Assembly (NCBI GenBank): GCA_963760795.1
Contig: CAVXEP010000004.1
Location: 128,001 to 192,000 of the forward strand
Reading direction: 5' to 3'
Source of the DNA: an uncultured delta proteobacterium
GTDB taxonomy: Bacteria > Desulfobacterota > Binatia > UBA9968
Length of the DNA stretch: 64,000 nucleotides
This document shows positions 10,276 through 20,154 of this stretch, piece after piece. The stretch's first letter is position 1, and each line of letters starts with the position of its first letter. Made by a program: the position numbers and the translations under genes. A model generated the notes under the pieces. That model did no database searches, was not told where the DNA came from, and saw only the letters and a program-made list of their open reading frames with translations.

Positions 10276-11011
10276 TCAGCTTCCGGTATTGCGCAACAGG
10301 TCTTTGATCTTGTTGAGCTCTTCGGTTTCCTCGGCGGTCTTTTCTTCGAGACCGCCCTGGCGCGCGCTCAGCTCGTCGACTTTCTTTTCCAACTTTTCGA
10401 TATAGTCGCCCACCGCGGCCAACGCCTTGGCGATGGGATCGGGGAGGTCGGCGGAATTCAAATCGATGACCGCCTTGCCGGTGGGCGTATGGAGCGCTTC
10501 GACTTTGACCACCCTACCGGGAATGCCGACGACGGTGGAATGGGCCGGCACCGCGGTCACCAGCACCGAGCCGGCGCCAATCCGGCTATGACGGCCAACC
10601 CTCACCGGACCGAGAACCGCCGCGCCGCTGAAAATCGTCACGGAATCTTCAATGGTCGGATGGCGCTTGATGCGCTGGGTGGAAGTGCCGCCGAGCGTTA
10701 CGCCTTGATAGATCGTCACGTCATCGCCGATCTCGGCGGTCTCGCCGATGACCACGCCCATGCCATGATCGATAAAAAAGCGCCGGCCGATCTTGCGCGC
10801 CCGGATGGATCTCGATACCGGTGAGAAACCGTCCGACGTGGCTGACGAAGCGCGCCAGGGTCGTCAGCCCCTGGCGCCACAGCTCATGGGCCATGCGGTG
10901 CAGCACGATGGCGTGAAATCCCGGATAGGCCAGGACGATCTCCCAGACCGAACGCAGCGCCGGATCGCGCTGCGAAACTACCTGGAAATCTTCTTTAATG
11001 GTTTGCCACAT
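10276..11011 (-). CDS. cysE: Serine O-acetyltransferase; apparent indel near 10790
   Basis: RDPA...[15 protein letters not shown], then [27 protein letters not shown]...KRHPT in the next frame. Confidence 0.92.
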
Positions 11012-11027
11012 GGGGGGATGGGGGCGC

Positions 11028-11122
11028 TGGAGTGCTGGAGTATTGGAGTACTGGAGTGTTGGGTAGAATTCGAACCCGGCTCCCCCCCATTACTCCATCA
11101 TTCCATTACTCCAACACTCCAA
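11028..11122. repeat. Inverted pair of 8-mer TGGAGTRY/TACTCCA arrays between cysE and cimA
   Basis: tggagtgctggagtattggagtactggagtgttgg ... ccattactccatcattccattactccaacactcca. Confidence 0.8.
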
Positions 11123-11129
11123 TTCTTTT

Positions 11130-12710
11130 TTAGTTCGCCCGATGCCGCGCGTCCTTGTACAACTTGTAGTCGATACTATCGACCAACGCCTGCCAGCTCG
11201 CCTCGATGACGTTGTGCGAAACCCCGACGGTGCCCCAGCGCTCCTTGCCGTCGCCCGATTCGATCAACACCCGCACCACCGCGCCGGTGCCTTCGCCGGA
11301 GGACAGCACGCGGACTTTGTAGTCGAGCAACTCCACTTGCTTGAGCGCCGGGTAAAATTTAGTCAGCGCCCGGCGCAGCGCCTGGTCCAGCGCATTCACC
11401 GGGCCGTTGCCCATGGCCGCCGCATGTTCGAGCTCGCCGTCGACTTGAACTTGAATGGTCGCTTCGGAAATCGGCGCTTCGCCTTCCGTGCGCTTTTCAT
11501 CGATGACGCGAAAGCCGATCAGATTGAAATTTTTCTTTTTCTTGCCCAACGCTTCCTGAATCAGCAGTTCGAAGGAAGCTTCCGCCGCTTGAAACTCGTA
11601 GCCCTGGCCCTCGAGCTCTTTGGTGCGGCGCAGCACCTCTTTAACGGCGTCGTTCTTGTCGGTCAAATCGATGCCGTATTCTTTGCCCTTGTAGACCACG
11701 TTGCTGCGGCCGGACAGATCGGAGACCAAAACCCGCTGGCGGTTACCGACCACCACGGGATCGATATGCTCGTAGGTCTCGCGGTTCTTGATCACGCCGG
11801 AAACATGCAGCCCGCCTTTATGGGCGAAGGCGCTGTCGCCGACATAGGCCTGGCGCTTGTTGGGATTGATATTGGCCAGCTCATAGAACAGCTGCGACAC
11901 CTCGCGGAGTTTTTTCAGCTGCGCCGGGGTCACGCATTTCTTGCCCATCTTGAGCTGCAAGTTGGCGATCACCGAGATCAAATTCATGTTGCCGCAGCGT
12001 TCGCCGAAACCGTTGATGGTGCCCTGCACCTGGGTGACGCCCATCTCCACGCCGGCCAGCGTGTTGGCCACCGCCAGCTCGCCGTCGTTATGGCAGTGAA
12101 TCCCCAGCGGCGTCTTGACCGCGCGGTTGACCTGGGTCAGCGCTTCGCGAATCTCGCCGGGCAGGCGCCCGCCATTGGTCTCGCACAGGACGATCCAGTC
12201 GGCGCCGCCTTCCTGCGCCGCCTTGAGGCACTCGATGGCGTAGTCCGGGTTGGCGCGGAAGCCGTCGAAGAAATGCTCGGCGTCGAAGATCACTTCGTCG
12301 ACGCGCTTCTTCATGTAAGCGATGGAGTCGGCGATGATATCCAGGTTGGCCTTTTGACTGATGCGCAGATCGTCGCGCACATGCAGGTCCCAGGTCTTGC
12401 CCACCAGGGTCACCACCGGCGTGTCGGCCGCCAGCAGCAGGCGCAGATTGAAATCCTGGGACGGCTTGATGCCGACCTTCATGGTGGTGCCGAAGGAAGC
12501 TACTTTGGCATTCTTGAGCTTGAGCTTTTTGACCTGTTTGAAAAAATCGGCGTCGCGCTCGTTGGAGCCGGGATAGCCGCCTTCGATGTAATCGATGCCG
12601 AGCTCGTCCAATTTCGCGGCGATGCGCAACTTGTCTTCCAGGGTAAACGAAACATCTTCGGCTTGGCAGCCGTCTCGCAGCGTCGTGTCGTACAGCAAAA
12701 CGTCTTTCAT
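11130..12710 (-). CDS. cimA: Citramalate synthase
   Basis: YDTTLRDG, IEGGYPGSN, LVGKTWDLHV, DAEHFFDG, AFAHKGGLH, LVSDLSGRSN. Confidence 0.92.
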   Translation of the reverse strand: MKDVLLYDTTLRDGCQAEDVSFTLEDKLRIAAKLDELGIDYIEGGYPGSNERDADFFKQVKKLKLKNAKVASFGTTMKVGIKPSQDFNLRLLLAADTPVVTLVGKTWDLHVRDDLRISQKANLDIIADSIAYMKKRVDEVIFDAEHFFDGFRANPDYAIECLKAAQEGGADWIVLCETNGGRLPGEIREALTQVNRAVKTPLGIHCHNDGELAVANTLAGVEMGVTQVQGTINGFGERCGNMNLISVIANLQLKMGKKCVTPAQLKKLREVSQLFYELANINPNKRQAYVGDSAFAHKGGLHVSGVIKNRETYEHIDPVVVGNRQRVLVSDLSGRSNVVYKGKEYGIDLTDKNDAVKEVLRRTKELEGQGYEFQAAEASFELLIQEALGKKKKNFNLIGFRVIDEKRTEGEAPISEATIQVQVDGELEHAAAMGNGPVNALDQALRRALTKFYPALKQVELLDYKVRVLSSGEGTGAVVRVLIESGDGKERWGTVGVSHNVIEASWQALVDSIDYKLYKDARHRAN

Positions 12711-12718
12711 AACTTCCT

Positions 12719-13930
12719 CTAATTGGCGATGAAGGCCTCGTGCAAGGCGCGCACGGCGTGATCCGACTGCTTGGCGTCGATGACCACGGAAATCTTGATC
12801 TCCGAAGTCGAGATCATTTGAATATTGATCTTCTCCCGCGCCAGGGTCTCGAACATCATCGCCGCCACGCCGGCATGGGTGCGCATGCCGACGCCGACCA
12901 CGGAAACCTTGGCGATATCGGTATCGACCCGCACGCCTTTGGCGTGTACTTCCGGCAGCGACTTCTCGACGATGGCGAGGGCCTTTTGATGATCGGCCAT
13001 GGGCACGGTGAAAGTCAGATCCGTGGTGCCGTCTTGACTGGCGTTTTGTATTATCATGTCGACGACGATATGCGCTGCCGCGATGGGGCCGAATATCTGC
13101 GCCGCCAGTCCCGGCCGATCGGGCACCCGGACCAGGGTAATCTTGGCTTCATTCTTGTCGCAAGCCACTCCGGAGACCAATACATCGCTCATGCTGTCAT
13201 CCTCCTCGACCAGCCAGGTGCCTTCGACATCGGCAAACGTCGAACGGACATGCACCGGCACGCCGTAATTTTTCGCAAACTCGACCGAGCGGATCTCCAA
13301 AACCTTCGCGCCGGTGCTGGCGAGCTCGATCATTTCATCGTAGGAAATCTTGCCCAATTTGCGCGCCTGCGGACAGATCCGCGGATCGGTGGTAAAGACG
13401 CCTTCGACATCGGTGTAAATCTCACAAGCCTTGGCGTTGAGAAACGCCGCCAGCGCCACCGCGCTGGTGTCCGAGCCGCCCCGCCCCAGGGTCGTGATGT
13501 TGTCATTTTCATCGACCCCTTGGAAACCGGCGATGACGACGACTTCGCCGGCGTTCAAGGCCTGGACGATCTTGGTCGAGTCGATGCTCAAGATGCGCGC
13601 CTTGCCGTAGGCGTTATCGGTCTCGATGCGCACCTGATGGCCCAGGTAGGAACGGGCCGGCTGGCCGATCTCTTTGATCGCCAAACTCAACAGCGCGACG
13701 GTCACCTGCTCGCCGGTGGCGATCAGGACATCTTTTTCCCGCTCATCGGGAATCGGCGAAATCTCCTGGGCCAGGGCGATCAGCCGGTTGGTCTCCCCGG
13801 CCATGGCGGAAACCACCACGATGACATCGTTGCCGGCGCGTTTCGCCGCCGCGACTTTTGCCGCCACGCCTTTGATTTTGTCGATGGATCCGACGGAAGT
13901 GCCGCCATATTTCTGTACTAACAACCCCAC
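12719..13930 (-). CDS. lysC: Aspartate kinase
   Basis: LVQKYGGTSVG, TLGRGGSDTSAVA, EIYTDV, two ACT domains, ISTSEIKIS. Confidence 0.95.
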   Translation of the reverse strand: MGLLVQKYGGTSVGSIDKIKGVAAKVAAAKRAGNDVIVVVSAMAGETNRLIALAQEISPIPDEREKDVLIATGEQVTVALLSLAIKEIGQPARSYLGHQVRIETDNAYGKARILSIDSTKIVQALNAGEVVVIAGFQGVDENDNITTLGRGGSDTSAVALAAFLNAKACEIYTDVEGVFTTDPRICPQARKLGKISYDEMIELASTGAKVLEIRSVEFAKNYGVPVHVRSTFADVEGTWLVEEDDSMSDVLVSGVACDKNEAKITLVRVPDRPGLAAQIFGPIAAAHIVVDMIIQNASQDGTTDLTFTVPMADHQKALAIVEKSLPEVHAKGVRVDTDIAKVSVVGVGMRTHAGVAAMMFETLAREKINIQMISTSEIKISVVIDAKQSDHAVRALHEAFIAN

Positions 13931-13949
13931 GCACCTAACCCCGCAATCT

Positions 13950-14090
13950 ATTTTGGATTTTAGATTTTGGATTTTGGATTGTCGATCGTCTGATGAAGAT
14001 CCATGCCGGCACTTCATAGCAGTCTCTTTTCATGCTCCGATCCCTCAATCCAAAATCCAAAAGCCGCCCCGCGGACGAAAATCGAAAATT
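13950..14090. repeat. Inverted heptamer arrays (TTTTGGA/TCCAAAA) between lysC and tsaE
   Basis: ttttggattttagattttggattttggatt ... aatccaaaatccaaaa...aaatcgaaaat. Confidence 0.75.
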
Positions 14091-14574
14091 ATTTACCCGT
14101 TTTATGACGCAATGCTTGCAATAATATTTCATATCTCTGGCCATGAGCGACGAAAGCCAGCTCACGCCGGTTGCCGCCGCCGTGGGCGATTCTCAACTCA
14201 AGATGCTCGTCGACTTCATGGGACGGCAGGAACTCGAACCACTCGATCAAACTGACGCCGTCGCCGTAGAGATAATCGCGCAGGTTGAGGGTGTCCAGTT
14301 CTTCCTGCTTACCGACTCGATAAAGATCGATGTGGTAAACCGGCAAGCGCCCGCTGTATTCGTTGATCAGCGTAAAAGTCGGGCTGCGCACCCAAGCGCC
14401 GGCAGCCACTTCGATGCCCTGCGCGAAACCGCGGACAAAGCAGGTCTTGCCCGTGCCTAGTTCACCGATCAGGCCAACGATCTCGCCGCCTTGAACTAAT
14501 TTGCCAAGGTTTCGTCCCAGATTCTGGCTTTGCCGCGGCGAAGTAGTAACGATAGTCCAGCCACCCATCTGCAA
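14089..14574 (-). CDS. tsaE: t6A biosynthesis ATPase TsaE
   Basis: GELGTGKT, VRSPTFTLINEY, YHIDLYR, LIEW. Confidence 0.93.
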   Translation of the reverse strand: MQMGGWTIVTTSPRQSQNLGRNLGKLVQGGEIVGLIGELGTGKTCFVRGFAQGIEVAAGAWVRSPTFTLINEYSGRLPVYHIDLYRVGKQEELDTLNLRDYLYGDGVSLIEWFEFLPSHEVDEHLELRIAHGGGNRRELAFVAHGQRYEILLQALRHKTGK

Positions 14575-14968
14575 CCGGCCTCACTCATTACAACTAGTAT
14601 ATTTTTAACGGGATTTCGAGTCTGGGGCACGGCGGGCCGAGGCCCCCGGTGCAAAAGTTCAATGGTTCAAGCGTTCAAGCACAGCCGGGATAACGGCTGA
14701 GGATTCTGAAACATAGGTTCAGCCTGGCAAGGAGCAAACTACGGAAACCAGCCTCGAAAAAAAGTCTCCCGTTACTGCATCGATATCACAATCTGTGACC
14801 TTGAAACGCGGCGAAAACATTAACTATCTACCCGGCTTTTCTTCAACAGCTGTCGTGATTGCATGGGGTCCTGGGTCCTATTTAAGAAATTTGCTCGAAA
14901 AATTATGACGTTGCATATCTGAGCCGGTGTGCTAGCTTCCCACTTCCTAATGAAAGGGAGTTACCAAT

Positions 14969-15521
14969 ATGTCACATATTAGGCCCCTTCCCGTAGACGA
15001 TGCACCGCCGGAAGTACGAGATACTTACAACGATTTTTCCCGCAGGATGAATTTTCCTTCGCCGCCTAATTTCATCATGACCCAGGGGCATGCTCCCAAT
15101 GTAGCTAGAGGGACTTGGGATCTTGTGCGCAACGTGCTCGTGACCGGCAAAATTGAGCGCTGGATCAAGGAAATGGTTTTTGCCGCAATTTCACAGGATC
15201 GCAACTGTCATTATTGTACCGCGGCCCATCTTGCGTGTTGCCGGATGTTGGGCGTAGATCCCGTCTTTCTGAATTCTTTAGTGCGCGACGTCAATTCGCT
15301 TAGCGATGCGAAACTGCGCGATATGATTTTGTTTGGCCTAAAATGCTCCAGAGACCCGCAAAGCATATCTAAAACCGACTACGCACATGCTGGGCCACCA
15401 CGGACTCGGTCAGCCTGAGATATTGGAATTGATCGCAATGTCCGGCTTGGCTGTGTATGCGAATATTATGGCCGATGCCACCGGCATGGAAGCGGACGCC
15501 ATGTTTGCCAGTCTTTCGTAA
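14969..15521 (+). CDS. Carboxymuconolactone decarboxylase/AhpD-like peroxidase-related protein; indel near 15385
   Basis: KEMVFAAIS..RNCHYCTAAH (CxxC-H); continuation HGLGQPEILELIAMSG in the next frame. Confidence 0.75.
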
Positions 15522-16179
15522 GGTAGTTTTCTGCGTGCTCTTTGCCGCCGGATCTTTAGTAAAAATTCTTCTGTGATATTGCTAGAACATGAAGTTCGAA
15601 AATGACCGAGGCGAGCCGGTGGAAATAAACTTTCAGAATTTCGAAAGTATATTGTCAACGGCCGAAGCCGGCTTCACTCGCGTGAAGCTTAAAGACGGGC
15701 AAGTAGTATCGGTGCAAGCGACGGAAAATGAAATTCTCGAAGCCACGGTGGAAGAATAGGCATGCCGCGCGCGAGAGTTTTCCTTGAGAAATTGAGTTGA
15801 TTTTTTCCTCATTCTTCGCTGTTTCTGATTGACTGATCTTGCCTTGGCCCGGTTGCTTCGTCGTCGGTCGCGCCGTTTTTGCGCTGGTCACCTTTTTTCC
15901 TGCCATTATGTAAGCTCGCACTAGAGTTGCCTGGGGCTTAAGCGGTTACGGACGATATATTGATCCCTTTTCTAAAGCTCTCATTGTGGTACTTTTAGAC
16001 CATGGATGTGAAAACCAAAAATGCAGGCCGCCTGCGAAAAGTTAAACAAATTAAAGAGCCTGTAGAGGTCGAGGAGAAAACCGTTACACCCGGGCTCGAA
16101 AAAGTAGAGATTAAAAACCCGAGAAAACCGCCCGTAAAAGCACCGCGGCAGAAGTAGATAATTGGAATCCACCGCTGAA

Positions 16180-16325
16180 ACCTGTGGAACGACTGGAACC
16201 GGGGTTTCGCGGTGTGCCGGGGTATATTGAACTTTTGAACCCTTGAACGGGTTCGTCCCCGCCTTCATCCCGCCCAAATCCGTCCTTGAACTTTTGAACC
16301 TTTGAACGTGGGTCAATCGTTTGGA
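16180..16325. repeat. Composite TGGAAC/TTGAAC repeat, copy A
   Basis: ggaacgactggaacc...gccggggtatattgaacttttgaacc...ttgaacttttgaacctttgaacgtgggtcaatcgtt. Confidence 0.8.
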
Positions 16326-16338
16326 AGGACAAATCCCC

Positions 16339-16646
16339 ATGAAGATCGAATACGATACCGCGCACGATCTACTAAACATCGAGTTTCTGGCCAACGTTAC
16401 ATCGAGTTTCTGGCCAACGTTGCCATCGACGACTCGCTGGAGATCGATGGTGTAGTCATCGACTACGCAAAAGACAAGCGCATCGTCGCCATCGAAGTGC
16501 TCGATGCGAGTAAGCGAACGACGCGCAAGCCTTTCGACCTTACGAACCTGGCCATCGTGAAGTCTACCGGGTCGGATACCGTGCCGGAAAGCGAGGAGAA
16601 GTACGGCAAAAAGCGGCCGGACAAGTCTAAACGTCGCCGCTCATGA
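16339..16646 (+). pseudogene. DUF2283 family protein disrupted by a 23-bp tandem duplication
   Basis: MKIEYDTAHDLLNIEF...VVIDYAKDKRIVAIEVLDASK; 16376-16398 is repeated at 16399-16421. Confidence 0.75.
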
Positions 16647-16663
16647 TCGAAGTAAAAATAATG

Positions 16664-16812
16664 GCTTGAACGATTTGAACGGGCCGATCTTCTATGGTTT
16701 TGAACGACACGTCGCGGTTGAACGTTTGGAACGACTGGAACTGATGGAATCGGGGTTGCGAGAGGAGCCGGGGTAATTGAACTTTTGAACTTTTGAACGT
16801 AGGTCAATCGTT
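16664..16812. repeat. Composite TGGAAC/TTGAAC repeat, copy B (direct to copy A)
   Basis: ggaacgactggaac...gccggggtaattgaacttttgaacttttgaacgtaggtcaatcgtt. Confidence 0.8.
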
Positions 16813-16868
16813 GAGAGTCTTGAGCTGGTTTGTAGTACACTGCTGTATCACATGGTGGAGTCGTGTTT

Positions 16869-17135
16869 ATGCCTTTGAGCGTTCGCTTAGATCAAAAGAC
16901 CGAGTCCTTGATCGGACGGTTGGCTCGCAGGAGACGACAGACCAAATCGGAAGTTATTCGGGACGCGATCGGTGTGCTCGCCAAACAGGAAGAGACGGGC
17001 GCGGTGAAAACGCGCCCTTATGAACTGGTGGCTCATCTGATTGGCTGTGTCAAAGGCGGACATCGGGATCTTTCCGTAGATGCGAGCAAGAAGGTCCGAG
17101 AAATGCTTGTCGAGCGAGCCCGCAAGCGTCGATGA
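16869..17135 (+). CDS. Ribbon-helix-helix (CopG-like) antitoxin
   Basis: LSVRLD...LARRRRQTKSEVIRDAI; overlaps the PIN gene (ATGA). Confidence 0.82.
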   Translation: MPLSVRLDQKTESLIGRLARRRRQTKSEVIRDAIGVLAKQEETGAVKTRPYELVAHLIGCVKGGHRDLSVDASKKVREMLVERARKRR

Positions 17136-17542
17136 TCCTTGTCGACGCAGGGCCGCTGATCGCCCTCATACACCAAGACGACAATCAACATGAGCGTTGT
17201 CGAGACGCCTTTGCCGCGCTCGACGAGCCGCTCGGCACGGTGTGGCCCGTAGTCACCGAAGCCCTGCACCTTTTGAATTTTTCTTGGCGCGCCCAGGATG
17301 CACTTTGGGAGATGATCGCGACCGGCGCGATAGCAATCATGCCGTTAGCAATCGAGGACGTCCCGCGCATTAGAGAATTGATGCACAAGTACCGCGATTT
17401 GCCGATGGATCTGGCGGACGGTGCCTTGGTTCGCGTCGCCGAGCGCGAACGGTTGCGGCGAATCTTCACCCTCGACCGTCGTGATTTTCAGGTTTATCGG
17501 CCCGCTCGGCTCGGTCGCTTTGCGATCATACCGGCCCGGTAA
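17132..17542 (+). CDS. PIN-domain VapC toxin
   Basis: MILVDAGPLIAL, VVTEA, PMDLADG, IFTLDRRDF. Confidence 0.9.
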   Translation: MILVDAGPLIALIHQDDNQHERCRDAFAALDEPLGTVWPVVTEALHLLNFSWRAQDALWEMIATGAIAIMPLAIEDVPRIRELMHKYRDLPMDLADGALVRVAERERLRRIFTLDRRDFQVYRPARLGRFAIIPAR

Positions 17543-17598
17543 CTTTCAAGTAGCGCGCTCGATATCTCTGATCCGCTGCTGGCAATAGACGCCAGTCC

Positions 17599-17648
17599 TC
17601 CGAATCTGACCTTGAACGCTTGAACCCTTGAACCTTTGAACGAGCCTT
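17599..17648. repeat. TTGAAC repeat, copy C (reverse complement of the 38371-38410 copy)
   Basis: ccgaatctgaccttgaacgcttgaacccttgaacctttgaacg. Confidence 0.75.
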
Positions 17649-17699
17649 TAGGTTTACGGACCAGACTAGGATGTACATCAATATTGATGTTGCGGTCAC

Positions 17700-18053
17700 A
17701 TGGATTTCATAGTAGAGTTTTACGAAACAACGGCGGGAAAGTGTCCGGTGCGGGAGTTTCTGCTGGAACTCAAGGCCAGCGATCCCGGCGACTTTGCAGC
17801 GGTGACAGCGGGGTTGGAGAAACTGCGCCATCGCGTGTATCACCGCGAGCCGCTGACCAAGGCTCTGAACGACGGCCTGTTTGAGTTGCGCCACGTTGGC
17901 AAGTTGAACACGCGCGTACTGTGGTTCTTTATGAATGGCCGGCGCATCGTCGCAGTTCACGGCGTCCGCAACAAAGGCCAGTCGATCCTGGCTCGCGATT
18001 TCGACACCGCACGGGCACGGATGCGCGACTGGCAAGAAAGGAATGAGCGATGA
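17700..18053 (+). CDS. RelE/HigB (Gp49-like) toxin
   Basis: VEFYETTAGKCPVREFL, GLFELR, RVLWFF...IVAVHG. Confidence 0.85.
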   Translation: MDFIVEFYETTAGKCPVREFLLELKASDPGDFAAVTAGLEKLRHRVYHREPLTKALNDGLFELRHVGKLNTRVLWFFMNGRRIVAVHGVRNKGQSILARDFDTARARMRDWQERNER

Positions 18054-18424
18054 GCAAGACGAACTTTGATGTTTTTCTGGAAGAGCAACTCCGCGACCCG
18101 GATTTCGCGGCACGGTTCAAGCGGGCAGGCGAGGCGTGGGATGTGGCGTTGCAGATTGTGGCGCTGCGCGAGAAGGCCGGCCTCTCGCAAAAGGACCTCG
18201 CGCGCAAACTCAAGACTTCCCAGCAACAGATCAGCCGCCTCGAATCGCCGTCGTACGAAGGTCATTCGTTGAGCATGTTGCGCCGCGTCGCCAACGTCTT
18301 ACACGCGCGGGTGCGCGTGGAGTTCGAAACGGACAGCGACCCCGCGCATGTTGCCGAGAAAGCAGCGCCCTACGGCAAGACCGCCGTGAAGGCGCGGAGA
18401 TTACGACGCAAAGTACGTCTTTGA
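18050..18424 (+). CDS. XRE/HigA-type HTH antitoxin
   Basis: LREKAGLSQKDLARKLKTSQQQISRLES; overlaps the toxin stop. Confidence 0.88.
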   Translation: MSKTNFDVFLEEQLRDPDFAARFKRAGEAWDVALQIVALREKAGLSQKDLARKLKTSQQQISRLESPSYEGHSLSMLRRVANVLHARVRVEFETDSDPAHVAEKAAPYGKTAVKARRLRRKVRL

Positions 18425-18490
18425 TCACCGGTAGTCTCCCGGTGTAAATGCGCGGTTGCCAGGGCGCGAATCCGATGGCAATGTGGCACC

Positions 18491-18691
18491 GTGAAGACAT
18501 TGGCTGAAATCGAACGTGCCGTCGAAGAATTGCCGTCGGGGCAAAAGACAGAGTTGCTGCTTTTCGTTGCGCAGCACCTGCGCGAGGAACAAGCGCCGTT
18601 GCCCGAGCCGCGGGATTTTTCCGATGAGCAGCTTCGGGCTTGGATGGACAAGGATGAGGAGGCGATGCGCCGTTTCCGATCCGGCGCGTGA
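18491..18691 (+). CDS. Small hypothetical protein, probable antitoxin
   Basis: 66 aa MKTLAEIERAVEELP...; stop overlaps GTG of a PIN-like start (MNLFLAASAV). Confidence 0.5.
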   Translation: MKTLAEIERAVEELPSGQKTELLLFVAQHLREEQAPLPEPRDFSDEQLRAWMDKDEEAMRRFRSGA

Positions 18692-18749
18692 ACCTATTCC
18701 TGGCTGCCAGTGCGGTTCCACCACAGTTCAGTCGGAGGCTACGAGCAGA

Positions 18750-19558
18750 ATGCCAAGAACAAAAGAGAGACCGGGGGTTGACGCTTATTTCGATGCAATG
18801 CAGCGGATTTTCAACTTGCAGTCGGAAATCCTTACGGGTGTGTTACCGCACAACGCGGAGCGCGGGCGAAAGGATGAGGAGCGGTTCCGAGATTTTCTAA
18901 GCAAAGTGCTCCCCAAAAGTATAGTGTTGGCACGGGTTTCATAATCTGCTCGGATCCGGAGATTCCGCTAAGCAACCAAACAGACGTTGTGATATTCGAC
19001 GAAATATCTAACTCTCCCTTACATAAAGAACTCTCGGCGTTTGTATATCCGGTTGAGATGGTTTACGGGGCGGTCGAAGTTAAAGGTGCTTTATGTTTCC
19101 AAGACCTCGAGAAAATCGCCATTGATATTCTAAAAATCAGAGAGTTAGCAGCGTACCGCTACTACATTACCTATGGGAGCAAACAAAAAGATGGCGGTTC
19201 CGAACATGAATTAGTAGTGGACCAAAACGAGTTTAACGTCCCTAGCCCTGCACCCAGAACATTTGTATTCGCATACTCGCAACGTGGATGGAAAAATATT
19301 GACGGGCTTGTAAAAAGCCTACAGCAAGTTTTGAAAAAAAACCCCGCGCACATCCACGGTCTCGTTGTGCTCGACAAAGGCTGGTACCTTAACCAGGAAG
19401 CGTATTCCTCAACAGGACATGAGTTCTTCGCCTACACCGACAATGCGCTCTTACGTTTCATCAACGATATGCTGCACGCTATTTCGAGTATGGGAATGTT
19501 TCAAGCCTCAATTGATCGATATCTTCGTCTCAAGTTGCCTTTGAAGAAGCGAGATTGA
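18750..19558 (+). CDS. DUF6602-like putative PD-(D/E)xK nuclease; indel near 18918
   Basis: HNAERG..E..FRDFL...LP, then GTGFII...SNQTDVVIFD...YPVEMVYGAVEVK; lower GC than flanks. Confidence 0.7.
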
Positions 19559-19636
19559 CTAGCGAGCCAAGCTTTTCGATGTCGCCCAGAATTATTCCCC
19601 ATTCAGGGTCAGCGTAGGAGGTCGGGCCTGAGTATA

Positions 19637-19843
19637 GTATTGACTAATTGCCAAAACGTCGGGGGAAATTTCCGTAATACAGTTGGTTTTTTAAGCGAAT
19701 AAACCTCCGAGGGTCAGGTCCCCAAACTTGCAAGCGTAGAACCTATCTGTCTGCTTGCTGTTGAAAACAAAAGTTTTCTGAGCGCAAAACAGAGTGACCC
19801 GAGACACTGTATTTGCCGATCTTTATACACCTGAGAGGATGCG
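19637..19843 (+). repeat. ~200-260 bp dispersed non-coding element, copy 1
   Basis: Shares gtattgactaattgccaaaacgtc...ctgcttgctgttgaaaacaaaagttttctgagcgcaaaacagagtgacccgagacactgtatttgccgatctttat with copy 2; the 3' part is also in copy 3. Confidence 0.9.
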
Positions 19844-20154
19844 TGCGACTCGTTGATGAGCAAGCCCTGCAAGAGCGCAATCTCAACCAGACATTGGCGC
19901 GATTGACAACTCGGCGGGCCAGCGATATTGCTCGGGCCAGAAAAAAAGGTGATTTAAATTTCCTATACAGATCGAGGACAGCTACGTCATCACGGACAAA
20001 GGCTGGAGCGCATCAGCAACGCGCCGCGAAAGGTCGAGGAGATCGAGGCGCTCATGAAGATACGCTCGCCGATAGTCGTCCCGTAACACCGGGAAACCGC
20101 ACCGCTGAGCGGTTGGACGACTTTGCGACGTCCGTCGAGATGAAGGAGGCATGT

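Noticed and set aside
11142-13921. Long plus-strand ORFs (526 aa, 393 aa) antisense to cimA and lysC
   Set aside because: They are codon-aligned shadows of GC-rich genes with no recognisable motifs; the same applies to most other overlapping ORFs in the track.
14575-16180. tRNA or att site at the island's left boundary, and ORFs 15655-15921 and 15981-16394
   Set aside because: No cloverleaf and no repeat shared with the right boundary near 42000 were found; the ORFs lack RBS or motif support, and one runs through repeats.
16180-16812. TTGAAC/TGGAAC repeats as a CRISPR array
   Set aside because: Units are 8-9 bp and degenerate, there is no regular repeat-spacer period, and no cas genes are present.
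19813-20154. N-terminal extension of the 638-aa ORF
   Set aside because: It starts inside the non-coding repeat; a strong AGGAGG supports ATG 20155 instead.
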